From assembly GCF_009914755.1 (NCBI RefSeq), contig NC_060927.1: a DNA stretch of 64,000 nucleotides. The stretch is one strand, 5' to 3'. Shown here in pieces: positions 1 to 14,559 of the stretch (position 1 is the stretch's first letter; each line of letters opens with the position of its first letter). The position numbers were made by a program, and so were the translations under genes. The DNA is from the human T2T-CHM13v2.0 reference genome, Homo sapiens. The notes under the pieces were generated by a model, which did not search any database, was not told where the DNA came from, and was given only the letters and a program-made list of their open reading frames with translations.

Positions 1-344
1 TGTACAGGGTCAATTGATGTGAGAACTGCAGGGAAGAGTACTTATATTTAATCTTGTGGCTTTCTCAGTGGCCCCACAACAAGCAAGTTGCATATCTGTC
101 AGCAAATCAATAGTTGTTGAGTGGATGATTCACAGGAACATTGTGTTAGGAAGTGTGAGGTTGGCTTGTAGAATACAGAGAAAAGAAAGAAAGGTATAAC
201 CCATGGTCTGAAGTAGTCTACTATTTAATCAAGCAGTTCTTCATACACTTCCAAAGTATAATTGCAGCCTGCTTCCCTATGGGAAGAAGGCTCAGGGGGT
301 CATGCCTGTGTCTTACCTAATCTTTTATCTATTCTGCCTTTAGA

Positions 345-538
345 CAAGCCAACCCATAGCCTGCGGGCAGCATGTATGTGGCTCAGGATGGCCGCCCAAC
401 ACAAATTCATAAACTTTCTTAAAGCATTATGTTTTAGCTCATCAGCTATTGTTAGCGTTAGTGTATTTTAGGTGTGGCCCAGGACAATTTTTCTTCATCC
501 AGCGTGGCCCAGGGAAGCCAAAAGATTGGACACTCCTG
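345..538 (-). mobile_element. MER30 (hAT-Charlie MITE)
   Basis: Reverse complement matches the MER30 consensus (CAGGAGTGTCCAATCTTTTGGCTTCCCTGGGCCAC...GCTGATGAGCT...GAATTTGTGTTGGGC). Flanked by CTTTAGA at 338-344 and 539-545. Confidence 0.9.
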
Positions 539-1473
539 CTTTAGAATGTTGAGCCAGAGAACACCAAAGCAGATAATACGGTTTCAATGACCTATGATCC
601 TTTCTAGATGTACTCTTTCACTAGATCCAACAACCCGGGGCTTCTGCCAGGATACAGTGGAAATTAAAACCAGAATGGGTTCTGAAATCCTTCTCTCAGT
701 TTTCATCCTTATATCTTACATATTACTTTTGCTAATTACAGAAACTAGCACTTTTCAAACAACCAGACGTGATTCCCCTGCTATCATTATGTAGTAATGT
801 TTCACTGTCTAAGCTTCATCTCAAACTGACCTTTTTCTACTGGGAATCAAACTGTCCCCTTTCAACACATACAAAATTGAAATTTTTATGATGCTACAAA
901 CTAATCTGACAAAGAAACTGTAGTCTTGAGGAATTCTGAATTCTGATTAAAAATATAGCTTGCAAATATTTTCCTAGTTCTTTATGGAATGAAATTATTT
1001 GGATTTCATAGGCAGATTTCAGTCACATTGACAGAGAGGCAAAAGTCCCAGAGATATATTGAATTTTCTTATAGGCAGCCACCCATGAAGTTAAAATCCA
1101 AGGGAAATCAAATTTATTTAGTTCAGTCATTTGCCTTCAGTAATGACTTGCTCTTGCACCAACCATAACATTTCTCTACTATTATAACGACTTTGAACAT
1201 TTTTGTGTATCAGATTATTTTCACTTCAACACAGTTTCCCTGCTTCACTGCCAGACCAATCCAGTGCTTCGAGATGCTGTCAGTTCACATGAAGGGACAA
1301 TTTGCAGCCTCCACAGAGTAGGTGAAGTGCGCCATCGTGACCGGTTACACTCAAGTCATGAGCCTTTACCTTCAGATTGAAGCAGCACTATACATTTTCT
1401 CCTACAGCGTGCAAGTCAGTCTAGAGATCTTAGTTTTAAGATTGGAGGTTCAGGTGTGTATAGAAGGTGTGTG

Positions 1474-1681
1474 TAAAAGCCATATAGCTTTAAACATTAA
1501 CTTTTAGATCTTAAAATCAATTTAGATCCTTACAAATTGATTTTTTTCTCAATATGGTGAGAGTCAGGAGTTTACTTAAAAATATATTAATAGTCAATTA
1601 TTCCAGCATGATATACTGAAGTTTGTTTTTTCTACACTTCTCTGCAGTAACACCATAATAAATCAAAGATCCATTTATGCT
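1474..1681 (-). repeat. Old L1M fragment that is a local duplicate of 3133-3338
   Basis: Colinear by-eye alignment with 3133-3338 (TAGATCTTAAA..AATATGGTGA..TAGTCAATTATT..CATAATAAATCAAA..CATTTATGCT). Confidence 0.8.
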
Positions 1682-1959
1682 AAGCTTTTAGACGGTAGGT
1701 ACAGGCTGCTTTGAACGTTCCTGCATCTTGTTCTGTGGTGTGGGTAAGAAGCAGGAATAAAAATTTTCAGAGAACTCACTTCTGATCCATGGGTAGTGCT
1801 GGAGCAGGCTCAAAGATGCATGTGCCTTCCCCTGACTTAGACCATTTGCTGATAGTTTCTTCAGCGCCTCATAAGAAACTGATATTGAGGCTTTCCTAGT
1901 ATTACAAAGCCTGGAGCAGGCCAGGGAACAAGCCCAGGTTTTCCAAAGACATGTGATTT

Positions 1960-4390
1960 TTATTTTTTAAACTCTATTGTTATGAAATAGAATGGATACA
2001 TATAGATGTACAGAAAATATATGCTCAGTTTACTAAATAACTGTAAACAACACTCATGTAAATATTATATAGAACAAGCAATATATTATCAACCTTTTCA
2101 GAATCCCTACATGTATTTGCACCTACCATTCCATTTACATGTATTTGCACCTACCACGCCATTTTGTTTGGGGTAAGCAATTTTCTGACACTAAAAATAA
2201 TTAATACTTCGTTTTTCTTTAATATTGGTTCTTCTTTTATCACCCCTAAGCAAAATACATTAGTGTTGGCAGTTTTGAACACTACATAAGTAGAATCACA
2301 CTGCATGTATTTCTATAACTTGCTTTTATTCAATATTAATATGATAAATTTTAGCCATATTGTACGTAGAACTAGTTCATTGATTTTTATTGCTGTATAG
2401 TATTCTATAGTTTATTGATATTGCAATTTGCTTACCCATTATGCTATTAAAGTATGGTTTTCAATTTCTGGAAATTTTGGAAAAGACTCCTTTGAACATT
2501 CTTGCATCTTGTTTTGTGTTGCATGTAAACATAAAAATTATCGGGTATACACTTAGAAATGAAAAGACCACTCCATAGGATATATGGTTTTTTTTAAAAT
2601 TTCATTTATAGTATTACTAATTAATACCATACCAGCTTCCATTATGCTGTGCTGGTAGTTCATGTGTGTTATATTCTTGCTAACTCTTGATATAGCCAAG
2701 TAAGTTTTAGTATCTGACAATGTGGAGCATGTGTATTGGTATCTCATTGTAATTATAATTTGTCTTTCCATAATTACTAATGAATATTCACATAAACTTT
2801 AAACTTACTTACTGGTCACTTAGATATTCTGTTTTGAGCCTCTTCCTAATTCTTAGCCAATTTTTGTGTTGAAATATCTGTCTCTTTTCACTTTGATTTT
2901 GAAAAGTTTGTTATATATTCTGGATACCGGTTCTTTGTTCATTATGGATAATTTAAATATCTTTTCCTACTCTGTAACTGATGTTGTCTCTTTAATAAAG
3001 TATCTTTTGATTATTGGTAATTATTCATTTAGTCTATTCCTCTTTGTAAGTCTTTATGGCTCTGTGTTTTGGATCTTGTTTAAGAAATGCTTTTCTACCG
3101 AAAGGTCTAAATATATTTCTCTATATTCTTTTTAAAAGCTTTATAGCTTTTTACCATTAACTGTTAGATCTTAAAGATCAATTTACATCCTCACAAATGG
3201 ATTTATTTTTAATATGGTGATAGGAGTTCACTTAAAAAAAATTGATAGTCAATTATTCTAGCATGGTTTACTGAAAGGTTTGTGTTTTCTATACTTCTGT
3301 ACAGTAGCATCATAATAAATCAAACATTCATTTATGCTTAACACTGGTTCTAAGCTCTCTATTCCATCTCATTGATCTATGTTTGCCAATACCATACTGT
3401 CTTTATTACTATTGGACTACAATGCATAAAGATAATAGAGCAAGTTCTCCCACACTGTTTTCCTTCAAAAATGTCTTGGCTATTTTCAACCCTTTGCAAT
3501 TCCATATAAATAAAAAAATCAGCTTATTAGGATCAAGACTATGATTGCATTCAATGTATAAATCATTTATGTGCAATCTATTAATGCAGTGTATCTTTCC
3601 ATGTCCTCAGGTGTTATTTAATCTTTCTCAATAAAGTTATAAATTTTGTCTGTAAAGGTCTTGCACATATTTTATTAGATTCTTTTGCAGGTTTTAAGTA
3701 ATTTATATAAATATGTAAATTATAGCTTTTAAAATTTTTATTGACTAAAAGTTTTGATGGTATATAAACATACAATTAATATTTTATATGGATTATTGTA
3801 TATATTGAACTTGCTAAGATCTCTTATAAATTTAAATATTTATTTGCACATTTCTCTACATTTCATTTATGAATAATGAGAATTTCTTCCTTCAAATTTT
3901 TTTCTTTTTTAAAAAATTTTCTACCTTTTCTCCTGTCATTATTGCACTGGCTGAGAACCGGAGGTCAGTGATAACAGTGTCTTATTCTTTAATTGAAGAA
4001 AAAGTTTTTGACATTTGATCATAAAATAATATGTTTGTAGAAGGCTTTATGTCAGATACTCTTTATCATATTAATGAGAACTTCTATTCCTAGATAACCA
4101 TTTTTTTAAGAAGTAAAAATGTTGAATTTAATCAAATGCTTTTTCTGAATACATTGAAAATAATTTTTTCAGTTTAATTTGTTGTTTTGATGACTTAAAA
4201 TGATTAAGTTTTTAATGCTAAATCAGCTTACATTCCTGTGATAAACTGAGCTTGGCTGTGATGTATTATCATTTTTATATGGTACAATAGTCTTAAGTAT
4301 TTGCATTTGCTAGGTTTTTTTAAAGAATTTTTGCATTTACAGTTCATGATTTCAGTTGGACTTTAATTTTAATTTACAGTCCAGTCCTCA
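1960..4390 (-). mobile_element. Ancient L1ME-like 3' end and ORF2 remnant
   Basis: T-rich antisense L1 motifs (TGGTATCTCATTGT, ATATATTCTGGATAC, TGCACTGGCT). The minus-strand ORF 2553-2771 contains a degenerate IITMRY, resembling L1 ORF2 IKTTMRY. Confidence 0.7.
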
Positions 4391-4394
4391 GTAG

Positions 4395-7019
4395 TTTTTA
4401 AAAATGTATTGAAGTGTAACAATATATATACTAAAAAAATTTAAAAGTATATAATTTTGATCTATGTATGTATATGTGTGTATATTTACACACACATGCA
4501 CACATATACATATTAGTGAAGCATCATCACAATCAAGATGATGAACATACACATACCCTCAAAAGTTTTCTCATGTCTCTTAGTAATACCTTGCTTTACC
4601 TATCCTCAAGTCTCTCTCACAATTTTCTTCCAACCACTGAACTACTTTCTGTCACTATGTATTAGTTTGCGTTGTCTAGAACTTTATATAATTAGAATTA
4701 TATAGTATGTATTCTTTTATGGTCTAGCTACTTTCAGCTCAGCATTATTCTTTTGAGATTCACCTATTTGTACATATCAATAGTTTCTTATTTTTGTTAT
4801 TGAGTAGAATTGCATTATATTGATAAAACACAATTTGTTTAATTATTCACCTATTGATGAGTATTTGGGTTGTGTATAGTTTTGACTATTACAAATAAAG
4901 CATCTCTGAACATTGGTATATAAGTATTTGTATGATTTTTTTATTTCTCTAGCATAAATAACTAAAAGTAGAAAGGTGGGGTCATATGTAGGTATACATT
5001 TAATTTTTTAAGAAATTGTCAAACTATTTTGCAAAATGATTTGTACCATTTTTTCATCCCCACCAGAAATATACAAGAGTTCACTTGTTCCACACACTTG
5101 CCAGTGTTTGGTATGTTAGTATTTTTAGCTTTGGCTATTCTAATAGGTATATGAGAGTTTATCATTGGTGTATTAATTTGCCTTTCCCTAATGACTAAAG
5201 AGTTTGAGCATCTTTTCATGTGCTTATTTGCAAACTGAATTTCACTTTGTAAAGTGTCTCTTCTAATCTTATGCCCTCTTTTTTCATGAAGTTGTTAAAT
5301 TTTTGTTATAGAATTTTGAGAATTCTTTATATTTTCTACATATGGTTTCATTATTAGACATGAGATTTGCAATTTTTTTCTCCCAATCTGTAATGTTTTT
5401 GTATTCATTCTGTTTACAGTGTATACCAAAGAACAGAAATATGTAAATTTTATAAAATCTAATTTATTTTTATTTCTTTTTTGTATTGTAAATTTTGGTG
5501 CTGTGTCTAAGGGATCTTTGCTTAACCCAAAACCAAAATGATTGACTCCTATGTATTCTTTTAGAATGTATATAGTTTTAGGTTTCATATTTAGATCTAA
5601 TATCTATTTGTGAGTTACTTTTGGTATCATATGTGAGTATGAACTTAATTAAATGATGCAAATTAAGATATTTTGCATACGGATATTTAAATTGCTCAAG
5701 AATAATTTGTTGGAAAAATTTATGCCTCTCCTATGAATTGCTTCTTCAGTCTTGCTGAATTCAATTAATTATATATTTGCAGGTCTACTTCTGGACTTGA
5801 TTTAGTTCCATTGATCTATTTGTCAATCATCATGCCAATACCACAGTATCTTGATTACCATCGCTTTATAGTAAATTTTGATAGCAGGTAGTATATACCT
5901 TGATAGGAGGTATATAGCAACTTTATTATCTTCAATGTTGCTTTACATAGTCTAGATTCTTTATATTCAATATGAATTTTCACATTAGCCGGTAAACAGC
6001 CTACACAGAACAACTTTTGGAATATGGATTGATAGAATATTAAATATATAGATGAATTTAGAGACAATTGACACATTAAAAATATCAAGCCATCCAATCT
6101 ATGAACATAGTATTTCCTTTGTTTTAAGACTGCTTAAAATTATCTCTGAATTTTCTATTTTTTATTGTACCAGCATTGTGCATCTTTTTTCAGATTTGTC
6201 CCTTAATATTTAATATTTCAAAGCTATTGTAAATTATATTTTTAATGTTTCAATATTTGATTACTGGTTACTAGGACATAAAAATCCAATTGATTTTGAA
6301 TATTGATCATATATTCTACAACCTTGCTAAACTCACATATTAGATTTATTAGCTTATTTTTTATATTTCATAAGATCTTTTACATAACCAATTGCGTTTT
6401 CTGTAAATAAAGACAATTTTACTTCTTCCTTTCCAATAATGTGTCATTAAAACTTTTTCTTGCCTTATTGCACTAACTGGAACCTCCAGTATAATGTTAA
6501 TTAGTAGTGTTGAAACTAAATATCCTTACTTTGTTTCTAATCTTAGAAGAATACATTCACTTTTTTCACCTTTAATAATGATGTTAACTGAAAGATTTTC
6601 ATAGATGGCATTTAACAGATAAAGTAAGTCTCCTCTATTTCTTTTTTTCTGATAATATTCATCAGTAATGGATGTTAGTTTTTTCAAATGCTTTTCCTGC
6701 ATCTATTGTGATGCTCACAACATTTTTTGGTGTGTGCATGTATGTTTTTAGTCTGTTAATAAGATGAATTATATGGGTTGATATTTAAAGGTCAAACCAA
6801 ATTTGTATTGCTGGGATAAATCAAAATTCATCACAGTATAAATTTATTTGTATATATAGTTCAATATGATTCTCTAAAATTTAGTTGAAATTATTTCCAT
6901 GCATGTTCATGATAAATATTGTTCTATAGTTTTATTCTCGTAATGTCTTCTTCTGGTTTTACTATTAGAGTAATGCTGGTCTCATAAAATGTGTTGGGAA
7001 ACATTCTCTTCAATTTTCT

Positions 7020-7020
<1 letters not shown>
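4395..7020 (-). mobile_element. L1MC/L1MD-like element inserted in the older L1
   Basis: A new L1 3' end starts ~4395. Minus-strand ORFs 5019-5219 (MKRCSNSLVIRERQI) and 5295-5588 resemble the L1 ORF2 C-terminus. Confidence 0.75.
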
Positions 7021-8380
<1,360 letters not shown>

Positions 8381-8389
8381 CTCTATTAT

Positions 8390-8595
8390 TTTTCTTCATA
8401 GCAATTAAAATTTGTACCTATATATTTATTTGTTCAATATCTGTATTCTCAAACGGGTGGCTAGGCCATAATTTCTAGGTGGGTGAGCACTATGTTCATT
8501 TTGCTCCTCATTGGATATACAAACTTAGTAAATGCCTGGAATATGGAAGTTAAACAACATATATTTGAATGAATAAATAACAGAATGAATAAATT
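8390..8595 (+). mobile_element. L2 3' end fragment
   Basis: ...AATGCCTGGAATATGGAAG...ATTTGAATGAATAAAT...GAATGAAT, the typical L2 tail. Confidence 0.6.
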
Positions 8596-10479
8596 AATAT
8601 ATTACTTCTAGGATACCTTTGCTGACCATCCACATCTTGGTTAGGTGTGACCAGCGGCTATATAAGCAAGAACAACATATTGCTCAACTCCAAGGATGAC
8701 TTTCATATTACTGTGCAAATATTGTCAACTGGATTGTTCAGCAAAAACACCATGCAACCCAGGTACTGTAACGGCAAAAACAGTCATGTTTATTTTGAAA
8801 AGCATATTCTCAAGGACACCATAGTGAGTTATTATAACTAATCCAATTTGTGGTGAAACATTTTTTCAGTAGGAAGTATAGAAGAAGTCTTCCAGCTTTT
8901 GGTGGTTAGCTACCATATGGATATAAGAATAGATGGAAGACAGAAAATTCAAAGGCCTTAAGCAATGCTGCCAAAATCAAAGCATAAAGTTGGGCCAGAC
9001 CATGGTGACTTGGTAATCCAGACAGGTAAGGGTTAGTGATACTGAATGGAATATAATCGGAACATTCATAAGGTTGTAGGCTTCAGAAGACTGTTTTTCA
9101 TAAATGAGTACTCCAGATCGACTTAGGAAGATCAGCAAAACTAAGAGCAATCATAAGATGTGGTATATTTGAGACCAAAGCAGTCCTGGTAGTCCTTATA
9201 ATACAGCCCAGGAGGCCAGACTTCCCAGTCTGGATCCATGCCTGATGTGATATTCAGCTGTGCAGCAGGACTATGTAACATTACTCTTATAACCTTGAAG
9301 CTCTTGGATCTTTGTTTAGTTCTGATATTTTACAATCCTCTTTTAAGGTAAAAAAATACTTGAAAACTTTATTGAATGAAGTCTTTGATAAGTAAAAAAT
9401 GTTTTTAATTTAGTTCAAAAATTCTGTGGAGGAAAAAAATAGTAAGTTTTTCTGGTAGAGGATTTAATCACATAGTGAAATAACTATGCAACCTCTATGC
9501 AATATGGTGCTCTTGCTTATTTAGATGCTGGTAACACCTACCAGCTTGTGTAGGCAGTAAATTTACCTGTGAAGAATTAAATATGAACACAAGAGCTCTC
9601 ATTTATAGAGAGAAGTAATATCTTTTTGAAAATTTACCCTATACTGCTCTGGGTGCTCATGTTTGGCTAATCATGAGTCATCTCCTTCTTTTGATGAAGT
9701 AATTCAAATCTGAATGTTTTCATCATGAAAATAAGAGCCCACTATGAATTTTCTTTATGAGAAAGTCTGTAGTTTGGACATGAGATGATCACTTCTCTTG
9801 GGGAAACAACACTAAAAAAAAAATCAAAACTTGTTTTTAGCATAGAAAATGTAGCTCTAAATTTATTTAAATTGGTTCAGTTTTCTATTTCAATTCCTCT
9901 GTCCAATGGAAGTATAGAAATAATTTTTAGCATCATGGATAATCTGGAATGATGCAACTGCCCATCAAGATTGCAACACAATAAATGTATGGTCAGCCTA
10001 TCGAATATACTGTGCCTTTTTGAATGTATATTTAATTTCAGTGGAAGATAAAGATGAGTATTGAAGTCATGGACTTACAAAAAGCTATATTCTAATATGG
10101 ATTGTATGGCATGACTTAGATTATCTTAGTTTGAATCCAATTATATGGAAAGCTGGGATTTCAGACAAGAGCTAAGGAGAAACAGAAGGTACCATTTGTT
10201 TCTTGAGCCAAAAAACACCAGGCTGGAATTGCTGTTAATTTTCTTCTCCTTTTCTGATGGATGAACTTTTTTCCTCTTAAAATATTGGCAAAACAATAAA
10301 TAAAATTCTGTTAGCAATAACTATTTTGGGGGGAAGGACAGAGGAGCAGAGGAAGAAAGCTCTGATTTTCATTATAAACATCTGAACAATGTATGAAGAA
10401 TCTAATAATGTGTATGGATTACTTTTTTTAATGTGACAGATATTTTCTAAGTGGAGAGATTGAGAACTGTATATGTTTC

Positions 10480-11310
10480 CTTTATATAGTTTTGTGTACT
10501 AAAGCACGAATGCTCATTTTGAACAATATTCATTATGAAAATTAGAAATTACTGATAAACTAAAAATAAATAAAGCATTTTCAAAACCCTATAATTCACT
10601 CAAAGATAGAAATTGTTAGCTTTTAGGTGTTTATTCTTTTTTTTTTTGAGACATGTTTATTCTTCTAGATTGTTATCTCAAATACATTATGCTAGTTTAA
10701 AACCTAATATATTACTTTCCACATCACTTAATACATTTCTACATCACCATTTTTAGGGACTACATAATTTACTTAACAAACTCATTGCTTGACTCATAGG
10801 TTATTTTTGACTCATCCTTCTTCCTTCATGTTTGTGCATTTGCTTTATTACTTCTTAGAATAAATTCCTAGAAGAGCATTGCTGGCCCAAAGAGATGACA
10901 TATGTTTAAGGCATTTGATACCATTGCCAAATTGCCTTTCAGGAAAGCTGGACCAATTTAGACTACCATGAGCAACGTCTCAGAATGTCTGTTTCTTCCA
11001 ACCCCTGCTGCCATTCACTTTTGTCAGTCATTTTAATATTTGTCAACATAATAGCCTAAAAATTAAAACTCATTTTATTCGCATTTTAGTTAAGTATATT
11101 TTCTTCTTTTGTGAATTACCTGTTATTGCACTGATTATATTTTCCATTGAGATTTTTAACAATTTCTTCATAATTTGTTACAATTCTTTGTATGGTACGT
11201 ATATTAACATGTGTTCATATGTTTTGTCCTATCTTTTGTAATTATATTTCATATTTTAATGTTCATCTCAATTTTGTCTTTTCCTAAGACAAGGACGTTT
11301 CATGTTTTGT
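10480..11310 (-). mobile_element. L1ME4-like 3' fragment
   Basis: GAATAAATTCCTAGAAGAGCATTGCTGG...TTGCCAAATTGCCTTTCAGGAAAG, an antisense old-L1 motif. Confidence 0.65.
10639..10653 (-). mobile_element. Ultra-truncated Alu stub (TGTCTC + A9) with 11-bp TSD
   Basis: TGTTTATTCTT (10628-10638), then TTTTTTTTTGAGACA, then TGTTTATTCTT (10654-10664). Confidence 0.75.
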
Positions 11311-11322
11311 TTTTAAATCTAT

Positions 11323-11829
11323 TGAGAAACTGAATATACACATTGACAGTGGCCAGCCCATATATAAAAATGGACTTTTGACCCACAACCTATAGCCATC
11401 TGCCCAGGAAACTAACCCCTTATCTACAATAAATGACCCAGGAAGCCAGCCTGCTACGTCATACTTGTAAGAACAGAAAATGCTATCCCTAAGGACAACT
11501 CAGCAAGCTAACCAATAACTTCCGCAGCAATCAGCCCCAAATGACCAGGCTTTGATTAATAACTGATGGCTTCCTTAATTTTTGGCCCCATTCCTGTAAC
11601 AAAGTAGGATGCCCCACTTCTAGTGATTCCACATACAGCTTCCCCATGACAAAAGCCTCCATTCAGGGTAAACCTGAAGTCTTCCCCTTTTTCCACTATA
11701 AAGGTTTGCCCTTCTCTGCTTGCCTGAGTCTCTGCCCAAACACATGTGATGGTAGTTGACTCTTTTGCTATAGCAAGCTCAGAATAAATAGCCTTTACTT
11801 TTCTCATTTGGTTTTTCTTTATTTCCATA
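11323..11829 (+). mobile_element. ERV1-class solo LTR (MER89/MER90-like)
   Basis: TG start, repeated CCCAGGAA(A/G)C motifs, CTATAAA box at ~11696 and AATAAA at ~11783. Flanks CTAT/CTAA. Subfamily uncertain. Confidence 0.7.
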
Positions 11830-11936
11830 CTAATTATATATTCTCATATTGCTTCTTCAGTGGTGTCACACAGAGAGAGCCTTCTTCATCCCAAGGTTGT
11901 GTAATTTTTATCTGTACTTATTATACCTTATTGAAG

Positions 11937-12146
11937 AGGCCATATGGTATGTTGGTTCAAAGTGCTGGTTGGGAAATTCATCTATCTGGATTTTGATATT
12001 TGCGCTGCCACTAACAAAAAATTTCCCACAAGTTACCTAAACTCTCTGGCCTCAATTTGTACGTCTGTATAAGGGGTAAAATATTAGCTCCATGGTGTTT
12101 CTGCAAGGACTACATGAAGATGCTTGGAATAGTGTCTAACACTACA
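11937..12146 (+). mobile_element. MIR
   Basis: Core CAAGTTACCTAAACTCTCTGGCCTCAATTTGTACGTCTGTATAAGGGG. Confidence 0.75.
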
Positions 12147-12696
12147 TATGTTACTGTCACCCAATATATGTTACTGTCACTTCCTATATTTTTTCAAGCA
12201 CTTCTATGATTACATTTAATAATAATGTAATGATAGCAGGGTTATGTTACATAGTTCTTACAGGAGCTGAGAGGCATACTCTAAGAACTGGTTGAGGAAT
12301 AGGTTCTCAATTTCAGCCACTTGAAGCCTCTGCACTTCACTTCAGGGATGCATTCACAGAATCAAGAAAATGAGGAAGCTCACGCATGCTGTAGGGCCAG
12401 CAGACTGAGAAACGGGGAAACACTGCCACTTACAGACACATGGATGCCCAAGACTCAGTCCAAGCTCAGGGGTCTACAGTCTTGTGTCCTATTTTATCCT
12501 CCAGGAGTGCCAAGAGTCTTAATGTGCTCTTCGCCCTGACCTTCATAGCAGTCACTGTTTCTGAATGAAATGGAATAAATTAAATATTTTCTTGTCTTTC
12601 CTCAGTCTTTGACCATAATCCCCATTATAATAGGTAAATATGGCTCAGCTGGTTTATTTAAAGATAATGGTAGGGATCTGACTTCCACACAGACCC

Positions 12697-12836
12697 AGAG
12701 TAGTTCTCAATTTTCAGATATTACCTAAGATTATTTAGGAGACCTGGCGCTGTGAGCAAAAATAAGCATTTTTAACAAGCACTGGAGATAACTTTGATAA
12801 TGATAGCATGGAGATCCTACTTTGAAAAAACACTGC
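12697..12836. mobile_element. MER5-like (hAT-Charlie) fragment
   Basis: GTAGTTCTCAA ... GCATTTTTAACAAGCAC ... ACTTTGAAAAAACACTG terminal motifs. Confidence 0.6.
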
Positions 12837-13331
12837 TATAGATATGCTCAGGTACTAAACTGGCTTATGTTTAACTTGGTATCTAAAGTATAAGCTGAAA
12901 GGAAAAGGAAAGGGGAATGGAAAGGGAGAGAGAAAGGAAAGGAGCCAATTGACATAGGAAGAAGAGGAAGGATTAGATTGCTTTCCTCTTTCATCTTTTT
13001 CAAACAGGCCCTAGAGAAAGAGACCTATTATTTTTATCACCTTAAACATTACATTAAACATATTTGTTTTGCTCAGTCCCTGTTTCTTATGGCTTCTCTG
13101 TTCTGTGGTTCAGAACATTCTGTCACCAGCATAAATCTTGGCATGTCTGAGGAAACATCGGTCACCTTGACCCATCTTCTCCAATTACCAGGACCTTCTT
13201 TTTCAGTTAGAAACGTTTTTAACCTTTTATTGGGGTCTTCAGTACAACAACTTTCCTTTTAGTTATTTACAAATGGAATCTTAAAAAGATTTTTAAAAAA
13301 AGAATGGGGGAAAATATTTAACTTGCCCCAC

Positions 13332-13353
13332 TATACACACAGACACCCTCTCA

Positions 13354-13392
<39 letters not shown>

Positions 13393-13410
13393 ACACACAC
13401 ACACACACAC
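13332..13410 (+). repeat. (CA)n microsatellite, interrupted
   Basis: Direct read. Confidence 0.97.
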
Positions 13411-13825
13411 AAGTTATATCTAGTACTTAAATATATGATGTATACTGTCTCTAATTATTTCTTATGTTTTCATCTTGTCTCTTCAGATAGATGGCAAGAC
13501 TGGCATATTTCATTCCTCTTATGGTTAGTACTAATATGGAGGAAAATAGGCACATAATACATACTCTTGTTTTGCTTTTTTATTACTTCCATATGTTTTG
13601 GCCATTATTTTCTTGTTTATTGCTTAATTTTACATTGTACATTTTGTCTCTATTTTTTGTGCTCTTTGAAATAGAAGTCAACTTTTTCTTTATTTTCTCA
13701 CCACATTATCAGAAGAATATCTTTCTGCAACTAGATGGAATACCTAAGCTTAAATATTATTATATCCCCTAATAAAGACTCCTGGATCCTGTTCTTAATA
13801 GTTGCACAGTCTTTCTGTGATTCAC

Positions 13826-14118
13826 TTTGTTTTTGTTTTTTTGTTTTTTTCTTTTGAGATAGAGTCTCGCTTTGTCGCCCACGCTGGAGTGCAGTGGCAC
13901 AATCTCGGTTCACTGTAAACTTGCCTCCTGGGTTCAAGCGATTCTCTTGCCTTAGCCTCCTGAGTAGCTAGGATTACAGGCGCATGCCACCATGCCCAGT
14001 CAATTTTTGTATTTTTAGTAGAGATGGGATTTCACCATGTTGGCCAGGCTGGTCTCAAACTCCTGACCTCGGTCTCCCAAAGTGCTGGGATTACAGGCGT
14101 GAGCCACCATGCCCAGCC
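13826..14118 (-). mobile_element. AluS with ~20-bp internal deletion
   Basis: Full dimer. CCTGACCTC runs directly into GGTCTCCCAAAG, so the AGGTGATCC.. segment is lost. Confidence 0.95.
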
Positions 14119-14559
14119 AGTTTTTCAATATATAAAATTAGAAAAGAATGTCTACTTTATAGGTAGATAAATTTTAAATTCAACAAACTTGTGGGCTTGC
14201 TTGAGAGATTAATTGGATAAAGGTATATAAAGCATTTACGATGGTACAAAGAACATAAATAATAAATATTGATTATTGTCACAGTTATTATTCTATTTGT
14301 GACACTACATTAGGATGTCTCTAGAGTTAGCATAGCTGGGTTTTTTTTTTCTTTAGAAAATATGCTTGATTGATGAGTACCTTCCTTTGACAAAAAAAAA
14401 AAGAAAATACGCTTGAAAATATTATTTAATTAAAAGTTCTCAAAATGGTTTAAAATACTAGCCAAATACTGTATATGAGCAAACTGAGTATTTCACAAAT
14501 TACTATAACTTTTCAAGGCAATAATGCTAAGTTGCACATATTTTTTCAAAAATAAAATA

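Noticed and set aside
1255-1380. CpG-containing stretch as a coding exon
   Set aside because: The translations resemble nothing I recognise and the splice signals are weak.
8992-9024. Alu 5'-like GGGCCAGACCATGGTGACT..GTAATCC
   Set aside because: Too short and divergent, with no tail or TSD.
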